Source: Octopus bimaculoides (lineage: Eukaryota). Taken from it: a DNA stretch of 36,950 nt. The stretch is taken from positions 20,050,338 to 20,087,287 of the forward strand of contig NC_068986.1 of assembly GCF_001194135.2 (NCBI RefSeq), in the 5' to 3' direction. Below the pieces are notes generated by a model that saw nothing but the letters and a program-made list of their open reading frames with translations, was not told where the DNA came from and did not search any database. Shown piece after piece: positions 1 through 11,395 of the stretch. The position numbers were made by a program, and so were the translations under genes. The first letter of the stretch is position 1; each line of letters begins with the position of its first letter.

Positions 1-220
1 CCTTTGGGTCTTTTTATTATCACTGCGACACACATAGTCCCCAGTTGGTAACATTGATTTCAAGGCCCTCCTAGATGAGAGACTGGCATTCCACCTAATG
101 TCTATGTTCCATGCTGGCATGGATTGGAGAGTTATTAATGTAGAAATATGGTATCGTAGCTACTAACAGTTGAGGATTGCGTAGTCTAGACGGCGTTTTT
201 AGATTTCATTATTCTCTTTA

Positions 221-249
221 ACCCGGGCAAAGCCGGGTATTTCTGCTAG
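221..249 (+). mobile_element. Helitron-type 3' terminus (subterminal hairpin plus CTAG)
   Basis: ACCCGG-GCAAAG-CCGGGT hairpin at 221-238, followed 7 nt later by CTAG (246-249) and then T/(AT)n, which is the canonical Helitron 3' end. The 5' end was not identified. Confidence 0.65.
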
Positions 250-623
250 TATATATATATATATATATATATATATACTGTGAAAATAATAAGGGTAGAA
301 AATTTAGAGAAATTTTCCTACCGGTGGCCAGCATGCGTAATAAAGTCAATAGACACCATATTTTTCATATATTTGCACATTGATGCGGAAGCTCGAATCT
401 AAGGGTAACTATAAAAATATTATTTTTCATTCCCTTTGAAATTACTCTTATTCGAGGTTTGGGCATTAACTGTCCTCTCTAGCATGTAAGGTGCCCTGTT
501 AAAGGTCACCTCTTTTGTGTATATATCCATGGAAACTGAGTCGAGCTGTTCTTAACAGTATATGTAACTCCGACAAAACATACTGAGTGCTACTTTTTTT
601 CGTTTCTTCACTCCGTCATGTAT

Positions 624-625
624 GT

Positions 626-662
<37 letters not shown>

Positions 663-729
663 TGTGTGTGTGAGTGTGTGCGCGTCTGTGTGAGAGAGAG
701 TGTGTATGTGTATGTGAGTGTGTGTGTCT

Positions 730-760
<31 letters not shown>

Positions 761-835
761 AGCGTGTGTGTGTGTGTATGTNNNNNNNNNNNNNNNNNNN
801 NNNNNNNNNNNNNNNNNNNNNNNNNNNNNNNNNNN

Positions 836-889
<54 letters not shown>

Positions 890-890
890 C
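624..890. repeat. Compound (TG)n/(AG)n microsatellite spanning an N-gap (782-835)
   Basis: Seen directly in the sequence. Confidence 0.95.
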
Positions 891-1841
891 ATCCATTCGT
901 AATTTGTGTACCGTCAAAACACTAAACAAGTGAATGCATTTAATTGCAAGTATGTGTGTCTGGGTTGTTACATATCGCCGTTCTAATCAACAAAAGTACT
1001 TGCATAATTATGGGGTGTTTTTGCTAATTAGCTATTGTAATTCCATCTGTCAACTTGTATATATTATGGAGAAGAATAGGTTCTGTCGTGTTGACTATTC
1101 AATACGTTTATCTTCCTCTTTCATGCAGATCTAGTCTCAGATGTCATTTGGTAGTAATGATTCATCCGCTACAGACGGAGATAATTTTAATAAATTAAGT
1201 ATCTACGTTGTTTCATATTTGTTGTACTAGTATTAGTCTATGTTATTTAAATAGATACTACTGGCCCCTCTGAGTCGCCTTAATTAATTTTTGTTTAATT
1301 TGCGTAAATTACATAGCTGTAAATGTTTTCTGCTCTGTTTTGTATGTCGGAGATAAGGCCCGACATGCGCCTTGCTGGTGACGCCTGTTGAAGCAGAAAC
1401 ACATGTACACGACTCATCTCTTATCCTCAGACAATAACCCCGTCTTTTCCTTAATGGTGTGTCAGCTTTGGAGAATTCTTAATTATTACGATGATCTCCC
1501 TTGTTCTTGCTATTTGGTGATTATCTCTAGAGGCAGAGATAATCTTAATGGATAAAAAAATTCATGCTATATGGTATTTGATATACCTGCATATTTTTAT
1601 GTTGTTCATATACTTGCCACTGGCCACTCTTAGTTATTTCTCTCAGATCGTTTTTGTTTATACATATGAAATGTTGACGACTTCTGAACCAAAACTACTA
1701 AGTCGCTACCTAGATTCCCCGTTTAAAACAGTTATAAAAAAATATACTCTACTAAAAATGTATTCAGTAATCTTCAGTTTAACGTAAAAATGCTTCTATA
1801 CGTAACTTCACATAAAAACAAATTCAATATACACATATACA

Positions 1842-1940
1842 TGAGGCGGCAATAAAATAAGTACCAGTTGAGTACTGGGGCCGATGTAAACGATTTACCG
1901 TCATCCCCAACAAATGCTGGCCTTGTTTCAAACTTTGAAA
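1842..1940 (+). mobile_element. SINE-C fragment (internally deleted)
   Basis: The head GAGGCGGC is joined directly to ATAAAATAAGTACCAGTTGAGTACTGGGG...TGCTGGCCTTGT, matching the 22127 copy. Confidence 0.7.
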
Positions 1941-2065
1941 TCCATATTAGGAGTTATAGTAAATTGGATAAACCGTTTAATATGTATTCTAATTCTTTTC
2001 GAGGAAGCTAGATTGATGACTAATCACTAATTCACGTGGTAATTTATTTACAATTCTCATATTGT

Positions 2066-2275
2066 TTCAGTTTTTGGTACAAGACCAGCAATTTCGAGGG
2101 AGGGCAAAGTCGATTATATCGACCCCAGTGCTCAACTGGTACATATTTTACCGACCCCCGAAAGAATAAAAGGCAAAGTCAGCCTCGGCAGAATTTGAAC
2201 ACGGGACGTACAGACGGACGAAATACCGTTCAGCGGTCTGCCTGGCGTGTTAGCAGTTCTGCTAGCTCACCGCTT
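2066..2275 (-). mobile_element. SINE-C (tRNA-derived, Meta-domain-like centre)
   Basis: Reverse complement of the 22127-22371 copy, with an A-box-like head, a B-box-like GTTCAAATTC and the central GGGGTCG-TAAAAT-GTACCAGTTGAGCACTGGGG block. Confidence 0.85.
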
Positions 2276-2295
2276 ACATATTAATACATACTGGT

Positions 2296-2510
2296 GTCAA
2301 ATTTTGGCACAAGGCCAGTAAATTCATGGAAAGGAGTAAGTTCATGGGAGGGAGTACATCGACCTCAGTATTCAACTGGTACTTATTTTATCGACCCCGC
2401 TCCCGAAAAGATGTAAAACAAAGCCAACTTCTATTCAGAACGTAGAGACGGATGAAATGCCGCTAAGCATTTCGCCCGGCCTGCTAACGTTTCTGCCAGT
2501 TCACCGCCTT
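2296..2510 (-). mobile_element. SINE-C
   Basis: Second tandem copy, with the same motifs as 2066-2275. Confidence 0.85.
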
Positions 2511-2980
2511 ATTACTGAGCTCTTATAATAATACATATTACTAATATTTAGTGAAATATTTTAATGTAAATAGTGTTTTGCAAGATAGCGACACCAAATC
2601 TTTTTTTTATTTTTTTTGTTTCAAAGTTACACCAACTTTGATGATCCACTTCGCTTGTTCTTTGTTTGGTACTTGCAATATCTGTAGCTGTAGACAAAAA
2701 AGGAACAGAATTCCCCAAGTTTGCTTTTGATACATAACAAAGGCGTTTTTATTTTGGAGAACTACTGATAGCTGGGCCATAAGGATATCCATAACCAATG
2801 CACTTAGTGTTGAACGACACAATTTATTTAGATGTAAATAGTTATGACAGTACTATATTATTCACTTACATATGCACCTTTAACTACGTAACATTTACTA
2901 GTATTTCGTAGCCCAGTTTTTAGCTTTATAAAACATAGACTGGAGTGGAGTAGGCTCTGCCAAGTTGATTGACTTTAGAT

Positions 2981-3365
2981 TGTTGGCACTCCGTCGCTTG
3001 TTGGCACGACGTCGGTTCCAGTTGATCCAATCAACGGAACAGCCTGCTCGTGAAATTAACGTGCAAGTGGCTGAGCACTCCACAGACACGTGTACCCTTA
3101 ACGTAGTTCTCGGGGATGTTCAGCGTGACACAGTGTGACAAAGCTGACCCTTTGAATTACAGGCACAACAGAAACAGGAAGTAAGAGTGGGAGAAAGTTG
3201 TGGTGAAAGAGTACAGCAAGGTTCGCCACGATCCCCTGCCGGAGCCTCGTGGAGCTTTAAGTGTTTTCGCTCAATAAACATTCACAATGCCCTGTCTGGG
3301 AATCGAAACCGCGATCCTATGACCGCGAGTCCGCTGCCCTAACCACTGGGCCATTGCGCCTCCGC
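2981..3365 (-). mobile_element. SINE-A, full length, with 11-bp TSD
   Basis: Near-identical to the 14324, 15337 and 30456 copies, with a tRNA-like head at 3290-3363. TSD TGACTTTAGAT at 2970-2980 and 3366-3376. Confidence 0.92.
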
Positions 3366-3451
3366 TGACTTTAGATACACTGCTATTAAATCAAAACTTT
3401 CAGTGATATTCCTGCAACCAATACGTTATAAGATCCTTAATTCACTCAACA

Positions 3452-3660
3452 TGTTAACCCTTTCTGCTAGAAGCAGAAAGCCTGAAATTTTAGGATCGAT
3501 TACATCGACTCCAGCACTCAATTAGTATTATATTTTATCAACTCCGAAAGGACGAAAAGTAAAGTCAACCTCGGCTGAATTTGAGCTCAGAACATAAAGA
3601 CGAACGAAATACCTCTAAGCATTTTGTCCGGCGTGCCAACGATTCTTTCAACTCGCCGCC
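3452..3660 (-). mobile_element. SINE-C variant with probable 10-bp TSD
   Basis: SINE-C head and centre. TCACTCAACA flanks it at 3442-3451 and 3661-3670. Confidence 0.8.
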
Positions 3661-3940
3661 TCACTCAACAAATTACTAATTTTCATGTGCTATAAGACTG
3701 GTTATAAGCCTCGGGCATATTATTCATGTCTGTGGCCCAGTTTTGATTTCGTTTATTAGTCATTTTACCTTAGTGTTTCTGTATACGATTTCTTTTCCAT
3801 AGCATGATTGTGAATAAGTTCTGATGGATTGACTTCCGCTTTCACCCACAACCCCTACATACAACGGAAGGATAAAATTCTCGATGATGCTTCATTAGGT
3901 CAAGATATGTTAGAGGAAATATTCTTTTCAGTTATTACGT

Positions 3941-4140
3941 AGGCATAGCTGTGCAGTTAAGAAGCTCGCTTGGCAATTATGTGTTTTCGGGTTCAACCAT
4001 ACGGCACCTCCGATAAATCTCTTGGACTATAACCTCATGTCGATCAATAACTTGTGAATTAATTTGGTAGACGGAAACTGTATGGAAGCTCGTCATAAAT
4101 ATAGATGTGCGTGTGTGCGTGTGTTGTGAGTGTGAGTGTG
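3941..4140 (+). mobile_element. Degenerate SINE-B 5' half
   Basis: AGGCATAGCTGTG...TTTGGTAGACGGAAACTG followed by the (TG)n block, as in the 12128 copy. Confidence 0.65.
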
Positions 4141-5170
4141 TGTTGTGTATTTATGTGTGTATGTTGTGTGAGTGCTGTGTGTGTGTGTGTGTGTGTGTAG
4201 TAGTAGTAGTAGAAGTAGTAGTACAAGTTACTGCTNNNNNNNNNNNNNNNNNNNNNNNNNNNNNNNNNNNNNNNNNNNNNNNNNNNNNNNNNNNNNNNNN
4301 NNNNNNNNNNNNNNNNNNNNNNNNNNNNNNNNNNNNNNNNNNNNNNNNNNNNNNNNNNNNNNNNNNNNNNNNNNNNNNNNNNNNNNNNNNNNNNNNNNNN
4401 NNNNNNNNNNNNNNNNNNNNNNNNNNNNNNNNNNNNNNNNNNNNNNNNNNNNNNNNNNNNNNNNNNNNNNNNNNNNNNNNNNNNNNNNNNNNNNNNNNNN
4501 NNNNNNNNNNNNNNNNNNNNNNNNNNNNNNNNNNNNNNNNNNNNNNNNNNNNNNNNNNNNNNNNNNNNNNNNNNNNNNNNNNNNNNNNNNNNNNNNNNNN
4601 NNNNNNNNNNNNNNNNNNNNNNNNNNNNNNNNCTAGAACCTTCATATATTTCCGTTCGTTATATAAAAAGACACGCGGTATATATATATATCTACACAAT
4701 CATACCATGCAGCCGTATATATACGTTTACGTAAACACATACACTATACAGTAGTTACGTGTGTCTGTGTACAGATTGCTTTTCCTTTACTTGTATCATG
4801 TTGAACTCACATCTGTCTAATATGCTGGTTAATTTAATATTCAATTACTTGGTAAATCTAATTATCATTCTCATTTAGTCGACATCTTGAAATTGCAACT
4901 TGTAAATCTCCCGTTATAACAAATGTCAATGCGATAATATAACCATTGGCTCTTAGGCTAAAACAATCACTGCATCTGGTCAGTTAAGGCTGTTGGTATC
5001 GTCCATTTACAATGTTTTCTTCATATTTTGACAGGAAAATAAAACGGCCAATATTTAATTGTGAGACTAATGAAGAAATGCAGAGAAATTAACGAACATT
5101 AATGTCAAAAACATGATGCAAATGAATAACTAAATGTAACAACGTTAATAATAATAATAATAATAATAAT

Positions 5171-5716
5171 TATTATTATTATTATAAATGCCCTGATACA
5201 GTACCAGGCAGTGGTTTTCATAGCTTCTGATCTTAACTGATTGGAAGTGTTATCATGTACACGTCTTGTTTTGTACACGTTTTGTATAAAAGATGGGTTA
5301 CAGTAAATATTCTGCTCAATACCACAGATTTGCTTGTCAGTTGCTTCACCTTAGCCAGTTGAGCATGTCCCCTAGAGGTTGGCGATATGTGCATCTCTGA
5401 TCACGGGCAGGAGTAGTGGGGGAGCATCATAGCCATGTGTTGAACGGAATTCTTTGGGGTTTGAATAATTCACCTCTGGAAACAGGTGTTTTGTTCATCA
5501 TCCTTAAACAAATATTATTCGGGAACTTTTTGAGCAGGATGGGCTACTCGAACGGAAGAAAATTCTAACTGGGATCCACCTACAAGTTCATGCACTGTTT
5601 ATCTTGATATGAGATCGCCATATTGCGCACTTATATTTGTTATGCATGTGCCTGGTGTACCCTTATCAGACAATTAGTCATGATGGGCATCAATATATAT
5701 CTATGTACCCCAGTGT
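5171..5716 (-). mobile_element. Interspersed retro-repeat family D with (TAA)n 3' tail
   Basis: Shares about 155 bp with 28574-28731 and ends in (TAA)n on the minus strand at 5171-5185. Confidence 0.7.
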
Positions 5717-5756
5717 TGAAAGCGTGTATATATACATTTCGACTGAAATAATAATG

Positions 5757-5788
<32 letters not shown>

Positions 5789-5789
5789 C

Positions 5790-5843
<54 letters not shown>

Positions 5844-5844
5844 A

Positions 5845-5997
5845 CAAGGGATTTCTATACAGTTTCAGTCAAAGAAATTACTCACCAGGTATTGGTTGAT
5901 CCGAAGCTATAGTAGAAGACACTCACTCAAGCTGCCGCGCAACGGAACTGAACCCGAATTCACGTTGTAACAAATCCAATTTCTTAATCGTACAGCA
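5845..5997 (-). mobile_element. Degenerate SINE-B head
   Basis: GCTATAGTAGAAGACAC...GGAACTGAACCCG matches the reverse complement of the SINE-B 5' region. Confidence 0.6.
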
Positions 5998-6146
5998 AAG
6001 AAAGCTTTCTTTCGGTAAAAACAAGAACAATTTGTGAAAAATGGAGGCGTAACTGATATAATCGATATGTTGTGGATACGTTTCTTGATCAAAGCACAAT
6101 GAACACAAAATCAACTCTTGTAAAAATTTTATATATATATACATAC

Positions 6147-6360
6147 ATTTTTTCTTCGCTCGTTTATTACTGTTATTTTATTCAGCCACACTTTTCGCTT
6201 CCGTGTGTATTCTTGCTCCACTTATTCCATTCTCTGAGAACACACACGGAAACGAAAAGCGTCGCTGAAGAGGTCACAGATGTGTGACGAAAGATTTCCA
6301 GACAATGGACAGGCGTTAAAATAATAATATAACAGTAATAAACGAGTGAGGAAAAAAATA
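6147..6360. repeat. Inverted repeat (foldback or inverted Penelope-like terminus)
   Basis: 6147-6213 is the reverse complement of 6237-6269 plus about 6326-6360. The right arm carries an extra 55 bp or so. Confidence 0.8.
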
Positions 6361-6496
6361 TAGTGCGTGTGTTTATTTGGCAAATATAAATAGATAAAAT
6401 GACCGTCCCGAAATACAACAATAAAATTAATTACATTTATCAGAAAAATACAAGGCTAATGGTTTTCATATTGCGTTTATTTCTTTTTATTTTTTT

Positions 6497-6884
6497 TTAT
6501 TCTTTAACTCCTTTACATGTTTCAGTCATTTGATAACGGCCATGATGGAGTACCGCTTTTAGTCGAACAAATCGACCCCCCCCCCCAGGAATTATTCTTT
6601 GTAAGCCTAGTACTTATCCTATCGTTCTCTTTTGCCGAGCTGCTAATTTTCGGGGACATAAACACACCAGCGTCGGTTGTCAAGTGATGGTGGGGGAACA
6701 AACACAGACACAAAGACACACACATAAATATATATACACGACAGGTTTCATTCAGTTTCCGTCTACCAAATCCACTCACGGGGCTATAATAGAAAACACT
6801 TGCCCAAGGTGTCACGCTGTGGGATTGAATCCGGAACTATGTGGTTGGGAAGTAAGCTTCTTACCACACAGCCACTCCTGTACA
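6497..6884 (-). mobile_element. SINE-B (small internal deletion)
   Basis: Reverse complement of the 12128-12568 copy, from the head (CCACACAGCCACTCCTG) to the TTTCAGTCATTTG tail. Confidence 0.9.
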
Positions 6885-7619
6885 TATTTCATATATTAAT
6901 CATTTTTTTTTTGTTCGTTTTTCCCTGAGGTCTGAATAGACAATGAAGTTTAAAAGCACAGATTCTTCAAATAAACAGACATTTCTCTGTACAGAACAAT
7001 ATGACAGTCACCGTTCATATAAGGTCATAATAATATGGAAAAATTTAAGGAAACAAAACAGCAAATAAACACTCGTTTGTCATTACGGAAAACATCGGAC
7101 GATAGAGATTCATAGAAAATAATTGACTAACAATAATTTCATAAATATGCCATAAATTGTTATAAGTTTTGTGATTCAGGATTTTGCCAAATTAAGTAAT
7201 TTTACCAACTTGAAACACCACTTAAGTTATTATGCGGTCATCATAACTAATATTCATGAATAGCGGATTTATTGAAGTTAGTTACTAAAAATATGTGGAA
7301 TTTAATATGCTACAGATTCGAAGTAGTCAGTGGAATTTGAGAACTGATGTCTATTATATGACATGTCATATCCTACATCTGAGTTCATTCACTTCAGTAG
7401 GTTATTTGAATAGATGCGTCATACACAGGACTTGTATGATTTTCAAATGTTAATTATATAAATTTTCGTTGAGGTCGTATAATTCGTCCTGTAAGGTACC
7501 ATTGAACTTCATATGAATGTCTAAATATTACTTTCCTAATGGAACATTTGTTATATCTATTAAATATACTTGACCATGTGTATTTTAGAATTTTAAATGT
7601 TTATTATTATTTTACCTTT

Positions 7620-8400
7620 ACGTTTCCTTCACACGAAGTGAAAAAGCATGCATCCCAACTGTGTTTCCAAGGACAAAGTATGAGAGTCAGATGATAGTAC
7701 CTCACCAAAGCAATTTAGACAGTAGCCACGTTTATATAGCCTTTTAGGAATAGCTTCCCCTTAAAGTGTTTCTGAAACTATCCACGCTGCGCGACTTCTT
7801 CCTTCTTATTCTCTAAAGGGAGATCGGGTCCAAACCAAACTTTAACCTGATCCTCAGTCAAGTGATAGAAGCTGGCGCTCGCTGTATGAGCTTGCCTCTC
7901 TATGTGTCGAGTTGCAAGCTATTTGATTGACTGGGCTTCCATTAACTTCCTGGTATTCTTTCAGTAAGCTACTGACCATCACAATTTCCGAAAGTGTTCG
8001 TCACATGACGGTGACGTTGTTCACCTATGTAGACACAGCTCTCCTGTATTCTAGATCGGGCGAAGTGCTCCTCAGTGTCTCCTAACTCCGCAGCAATAGC
8101 TCACGAGCCAAATATATGGAAGAGAGAGGAATGACATGCTTGAGAAACCAAGCATGCGATGCAAAATGCTTCCGAAAAGTAGCCGTTGAGTTTTACCAAG
8201 GGACAGAATTTACTGTGTACTCTATCATTTATGCCTTTGAAAATGGCACCGTCACCAGCTGTTTGTAAAACAGGCGCTAAATTGCGCTGGTCGATTATTC
8301 TAGACCTTCTGTCCTGCACCATCCGTTTAATAGAGTATATTTCAAAGGTGGCCTTATATTCTTCAGTGGTCAGCAGTATCTAGAGATTTATGCAGACTTC
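7620..8400 (-). pseudogene. Decayed Tx1/L1-clade LINE reverse-transcriptase fragment
   Basis: Frameshifted translation gives DQRNLAPVLQTAG..VKLNGYFSEAFCI..PLSSIYLARELLLRS..AVST*VNNVTVM (the YADD position)..LKEYQEVNGSPVNQ..VWFGPDL..KLFLKG..YYHLT, collinear with Tx1-type ORF2. It carries stops and frameshifts. Confidence 0.8.
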
Positions 8401-8689
8401 GCACGACTAAATGTTGTTATGGGTGACCTGTGTGCTTATCACTTGCCCTTACTCCTGCTGCGTCGTTCACGATGAACCATGTGCCCGCATCAGCAACACT
8501 ATCTCACAATGTGACCTTCGATTTTCTTTTCTCCAACCTATGAGTGAACGCGTCATGCACAAACGTCATCTCTCCCTCATTTCAACCAATGCTTCGAATA
8601 CCAGTTTCGAAAACGCTTCCATATGTCCTGCCTTAGTCGATGGAGCTACACCTCGTGTCATCGCATATACACACACTCAAACGAATAAT

Positions 8690-8886
8690 CACATGTGAAT
8701 CGTTGGCAGCTTTTTTCCTCCGTCTTCCTTTTCTATTGGACTTTCCTCTGTTTCTGAAGAAGAGCTTTGCTCGAAACGTTAAACCACCTTTCTTTCCTTC
8801 CTTGAGCGTCTGCTAATACTTTACATGTACCACGTCCTCGCGTTGGTGTTTTTTGTGTTTGTTCTTCGTTTTTGTTTGGATTTACA

Positions 8887-8890
<4 letters not shown>
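8690..8890 (+). mobile_element. Penelope-like element terminal-repeat remnant with minimal hammerhead motif
   Basis: CTGAAGA-A-GAGC-TTT-GCTC-GAAACGTT at 8754-8780 lies in a pyrimidine-rich tract with the same architecture as 35464-35720. Confidence 0.65.
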
Positions 8891-8917
<27 letters not shown>

Positions 8918-9296
8918 NNNNNNNNNNNNNNNNNNNNNNNNNNNNNNNNNNNNNNNNNNNNNNNNNNNNNNNNNNNNNNNNNNNNNNNNNNNNNNNNNNN
9001 NNNNNNNNNNNNNNNNNNNNNNNNNNNNNNNNNNNNNNNNNNNNNNNNNNNNNNNNNNNNNNNNNNNNNNNNNNNNNNNNNNNNNNNNNNNNNNNNNNNN
9101 NNNNNNNNNNNNNNNNNNNNNNNNNNNNNNNNNNNNNNNNNNNNNNNNNNNNNNNNNNNNNNNNNNNNNNNNNNNNNNNNNNNNNNNNNNNNNNNNNNNN
9201 NNNNNNNNNNNNNNNNNNNNNNNNNNNNNNNNNNNNNNNNNNNNNNNNNNNNNNNNNNNNNNNNNNNNNNNNNNNNNNNNNNNNNNNNNNNNNNNN

Positions 9297-9386
9297 AAGA
9301 AGAAGAAGAAGAAGAAGAAGAAGAAGAAGAAGAAGAAGAAGAAGAAGAAGAAGAAGAAGAAGAAGAAGAAGAAGAAGAAGAAGAAG
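9297..9386. repeat. (AAG)n microsatellite, about 30 visible units, next to an N-gap
   Basis: Seen directly in the sequence. Confidence 0.95.
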
Positions 9387-9789
9387 CTCGACAAAGTAAG
9401 GCAAGTTTAAATAAATAAATAAGCAAACAAACAAACAAACAAAACAAGCACACTTGAAATGAATACTAAACGTGACAATAACAATAGCAGATGGCAGAAC
9501 ATCTCAGCAGCAATGGTAGCAACAACATCAAGAAGCTGTTTGTTGATTATAAGATAAAGATAAACTAACTAATATACCCTTTACCACCTGCCTATTCATT
9601 AGTTCTAATTAGAGATCTCAAGTATCAAGAAATTTGAATAGAAATGCTTAACACATTAATCTCAATTAACTTGGGTAAAACTCTAACACAGACGCTCAGT
9701 TTGTTAGATATAGCAGCCGAATCTTCTTCAAATCAGACTATGTTAGTTTAGAAAAGAATATATTGAATGATGTAGAAATATGGACGCTG

Positions 9790-10233
9790 AATGAGCAGCG
9801 AGTTGGCAGAATTGTTACCACACCGGACGAAATGCGTATCGGTATTTCGTCCGTCTTCACTTACTGTATTCAAAATTCCCTCGAAGTCGTTTTCCCTTTC
9901 ATCCTTTTGAGTTCGATAAAATAGCTACCAGTTGAGTACTAGGGTTGATGTAATCGAATATCCACTTCACCAATATTGCTAGACATGTGCTGAAATCGCT
10001 AGCCTGATGCCAGCCTTGTGCCAAAATTGCTAGCTTTGTGCTTAAATTGCTAGTCTTGTGCCGAAATTGCTAGCCTTGTGCCGAAATTGCTAGCCTTGTG
10101 CCAAACTCGCTAGCTTTGTACCGAAATTGCTAGCCTTATGCTTAAATTGCTGGCCTTGTGCCAAACTAGCTAGTTTTGTGCTGAAATTGCTAGCTTTGTG
10201 CCGAAATTGCTAGCCTTGTGTCGAAATTTGAAA
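9790..10233 (+). mobile_element. SINE-C with tandemly amplified 3' tail
   Basis: SINE-C head and centre at 9790-9965, then 20-bp repeats of the tail motif, ending in AAATTTGAAA. Confidence 0.85.
9970..10220 (+). repeat. 20-bp minisatellite, consensus CCGAAATTGCTAGCCTTGTG, about 12.5 units
   Basis: Ten units in exact 20-bp register at 10021-10220, plus about 2.5 degenerate units upstream. Confidence 0.92.
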
Positions 10234-10914
10234 TGAATGTAGTCAGTGACTGGTCAGGAAAAATGATGAAATAGCCACGGCTGAAAGGATTTTGATCCTA
10301 AATTTGTTTAGCTCTTTGCTTGCCACTGCATTTTCTTAAGTTCTAAACAGCCGTGCTTGTTTTCAGATTTTTATCCCTTGCTTCATTCCTTCTGAATAAC
10401 ATAAAGTTTTCTTTTCATAAGTCTCAAGTTACACTAATGGTTGAAAAAAAAATGTATGTATCATATGTGATGCCTGGACGCCAGGGAAATATATCCTGTG
10501 TATCACATGTGATAGTTAAGACTGGCCAAGGGTTAAAATCAAAGTTGAGCGTGAGATAAACAAGAACGATAACTCTCTTTTTCAAAATCTTTTTCTCCAA
10601 ACAATTCATGAATTTTGCTCGTGAAGGTTACGTGTAAGACATGAATGTCAAAGAGTCAATGAGAATACTTTCAGAGTCTATTCGATCTGTTAGATATCGC
10701 AGAGAAATTTCCGTTAGATCAGACCCTAACATTTTCATAAAGGGAATGAATGTGGAGCTGGGTCAGGTATAAATAAGAAAACGATGGAATCGTCATGACG
10801 AGGGTGTCTTTGGCGTCATTAGTCGATGCTGATCTGAAGCTAAATAATATCAAATTGTCATCAAATTTCCTTTAATCTCTTATATCTTATAACTGCATAG
10901 ATACGTTCAGAGCG

Positions 10915-11356
10915 TATACGTGTGTGTTTGAATGTATGCATGTATGTATGTATGTGTGCATGTATGTATGTATGTATGTATGTATGTATGTATTGTATGT
11001 ATATATATATAGAGAGAAAAACAGACAGACAGATAAACAGATAAGTAGATAGATAGATGAATAGATAGATAAAGTTAGAGATATAAATGTAAAAAAATAT
11101 ATTTACACACACACACACATACACACAAACACACAAACACACACACACACAAACACACAAACACACACACACACACACAAACACACATACACATATATAT
11201 ATCCATGTATATATATGTGTGTGTGTGTGTAATATATAACATATATATTATATTATATATAAGTAATTATATATCATGTGTGAATGTATCGTGCGTGAGA
11301 GAGAAAGAGTGTGTGTGTGTGAATATGTGTGTATGTGCATGTGTGTGTTTGCGTGC

Positions 11357-11390
<34 letters not shown>

Positions 11391-11395
11391 ATGCG
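10915..11395. repeat. Compound microsatellite tract (TATG, AGAT/ACAG, CA, TA, TG)
   Basis: Seen directly in the sequence. Confidence 0.9.

Noticed and set aside
1129-1230. Possible exon after TCTTCCTCTTTCATGCAG (MSFGSNDSSATDGDNFNKLSIYVVSYLLY)
   Set aside because: It is short, has a weak donor and no recognisable homology, and cannot be supported without RNA data.
7356-7371. 16-bp perfect palindrome ATATGACATGTCATAT (and a 14-bp one near 10501)
   Set aside because: About one such palindrome is expected by chance in 37 kb of AT-rich DNA.
9970-10220. Regular repeat array as a CRISPR candidate
   Set aside because: The units are contiguous with no unique spacers, the context is eukaryotic, and the unit derives from a SINE tail.
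9700-10855. Weakly similar short segments at about 9705, 10695, 20085 and 33520 (possible old SINE tails)
   Set aside because: They are too degenerate to delimit by eye and need a profile search.
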